From contig DASTHW010000014.1 of the NCBI GenBank assembly GCA_035717985.1, positions 17,691 through 81,690 of the forward strand: a stretch of 64,000 bases of DNA, read 5' to 3'. The notes beneath the pieces are model-generated. The model was not told the DNA's origin and ran no database searches. It saw only the letters and a list, made by a program, of their open reading frames with translations. The translations under genes and the position numbers were made by a program. Source of the DNA: Candidatus Saccharimonadales bacterium. Lineage in GTDB: Bacteria; Patescibacteriota; Saccharimonadia; Saccharimonadales; UBA10212. Shown here piece by piece: positions 63,863 to 64,000 of the stretch (position 1 is the stretch's first letter; the number at the start of each line of letters is the position of its first letter).

Positions 63863-64000
63863 AAGCTAAATCAAAGCTTGGAAGCTCCTAATAGCTTAGT
63901 GAAGTCGAGCATTGAAATATCACTAAAAAGTGATATAAAATTGTAAATTATGATAGGTGAAGGCTCCTGGGAACAGGCAGACACTACCGAGCAAGCCGCC

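Overview
Compact 64-kb bacterial chromosomal window, standard genetic code (TGA used as a stop), roughly 50% GC by eye. It is mostly housekeeping: obg, sbcB, uvrA, uvrC, secG, ligA, murF, leuS, rpmF, nusB, rnc, rpsP, trmD, sodA, several ABC transporters, and cell-envelope and stress genes. There are 9 intact tRNA genes and no rRNA, CRISPR array, transposase or integrase. The gene style (many small or low-complexity unknown proteins, a pilin-like gene, a LAGLIDADG endonuclease, several apparently leaderless genes) suggests a Patescibacteria/CPR, Saccharibacteria-like genome; that is inference only. All calls come from by-eye motif recognition with no BLAST or HMM, and hand-counted RNA and hairpin coordinates may be off by 1-2 nt. 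Points most worth a second look: (1) a 1130-aa LeuRS with two in-frame NUDIX-domain insertions after the CP1 editing domain. (2) An AT-rich two-gene module (456-aa unknown protein and a 534-aa nucleotidyltransferase-fold protein, convergent with overlapping stop codons) beside a tRNA cluster where tRNA-Gly is surrounded by direct and inverted shards of itself. (3) A free-standing LAGLIDADG endonuclease wedged between tRNA genes. (4) A family of five structured intergenic inverted-repeat elements built on GCGCCAAAG/CTTTGGCGC-type arms, one 455 nt long and two bracketing the rpsP-KH operon. (5) Overlapping tandem genes for membrane-anchored Arg-rich paralogs. (6) A CIRCE operator plus a second conserved 33-nt motif in the hsp20 region.
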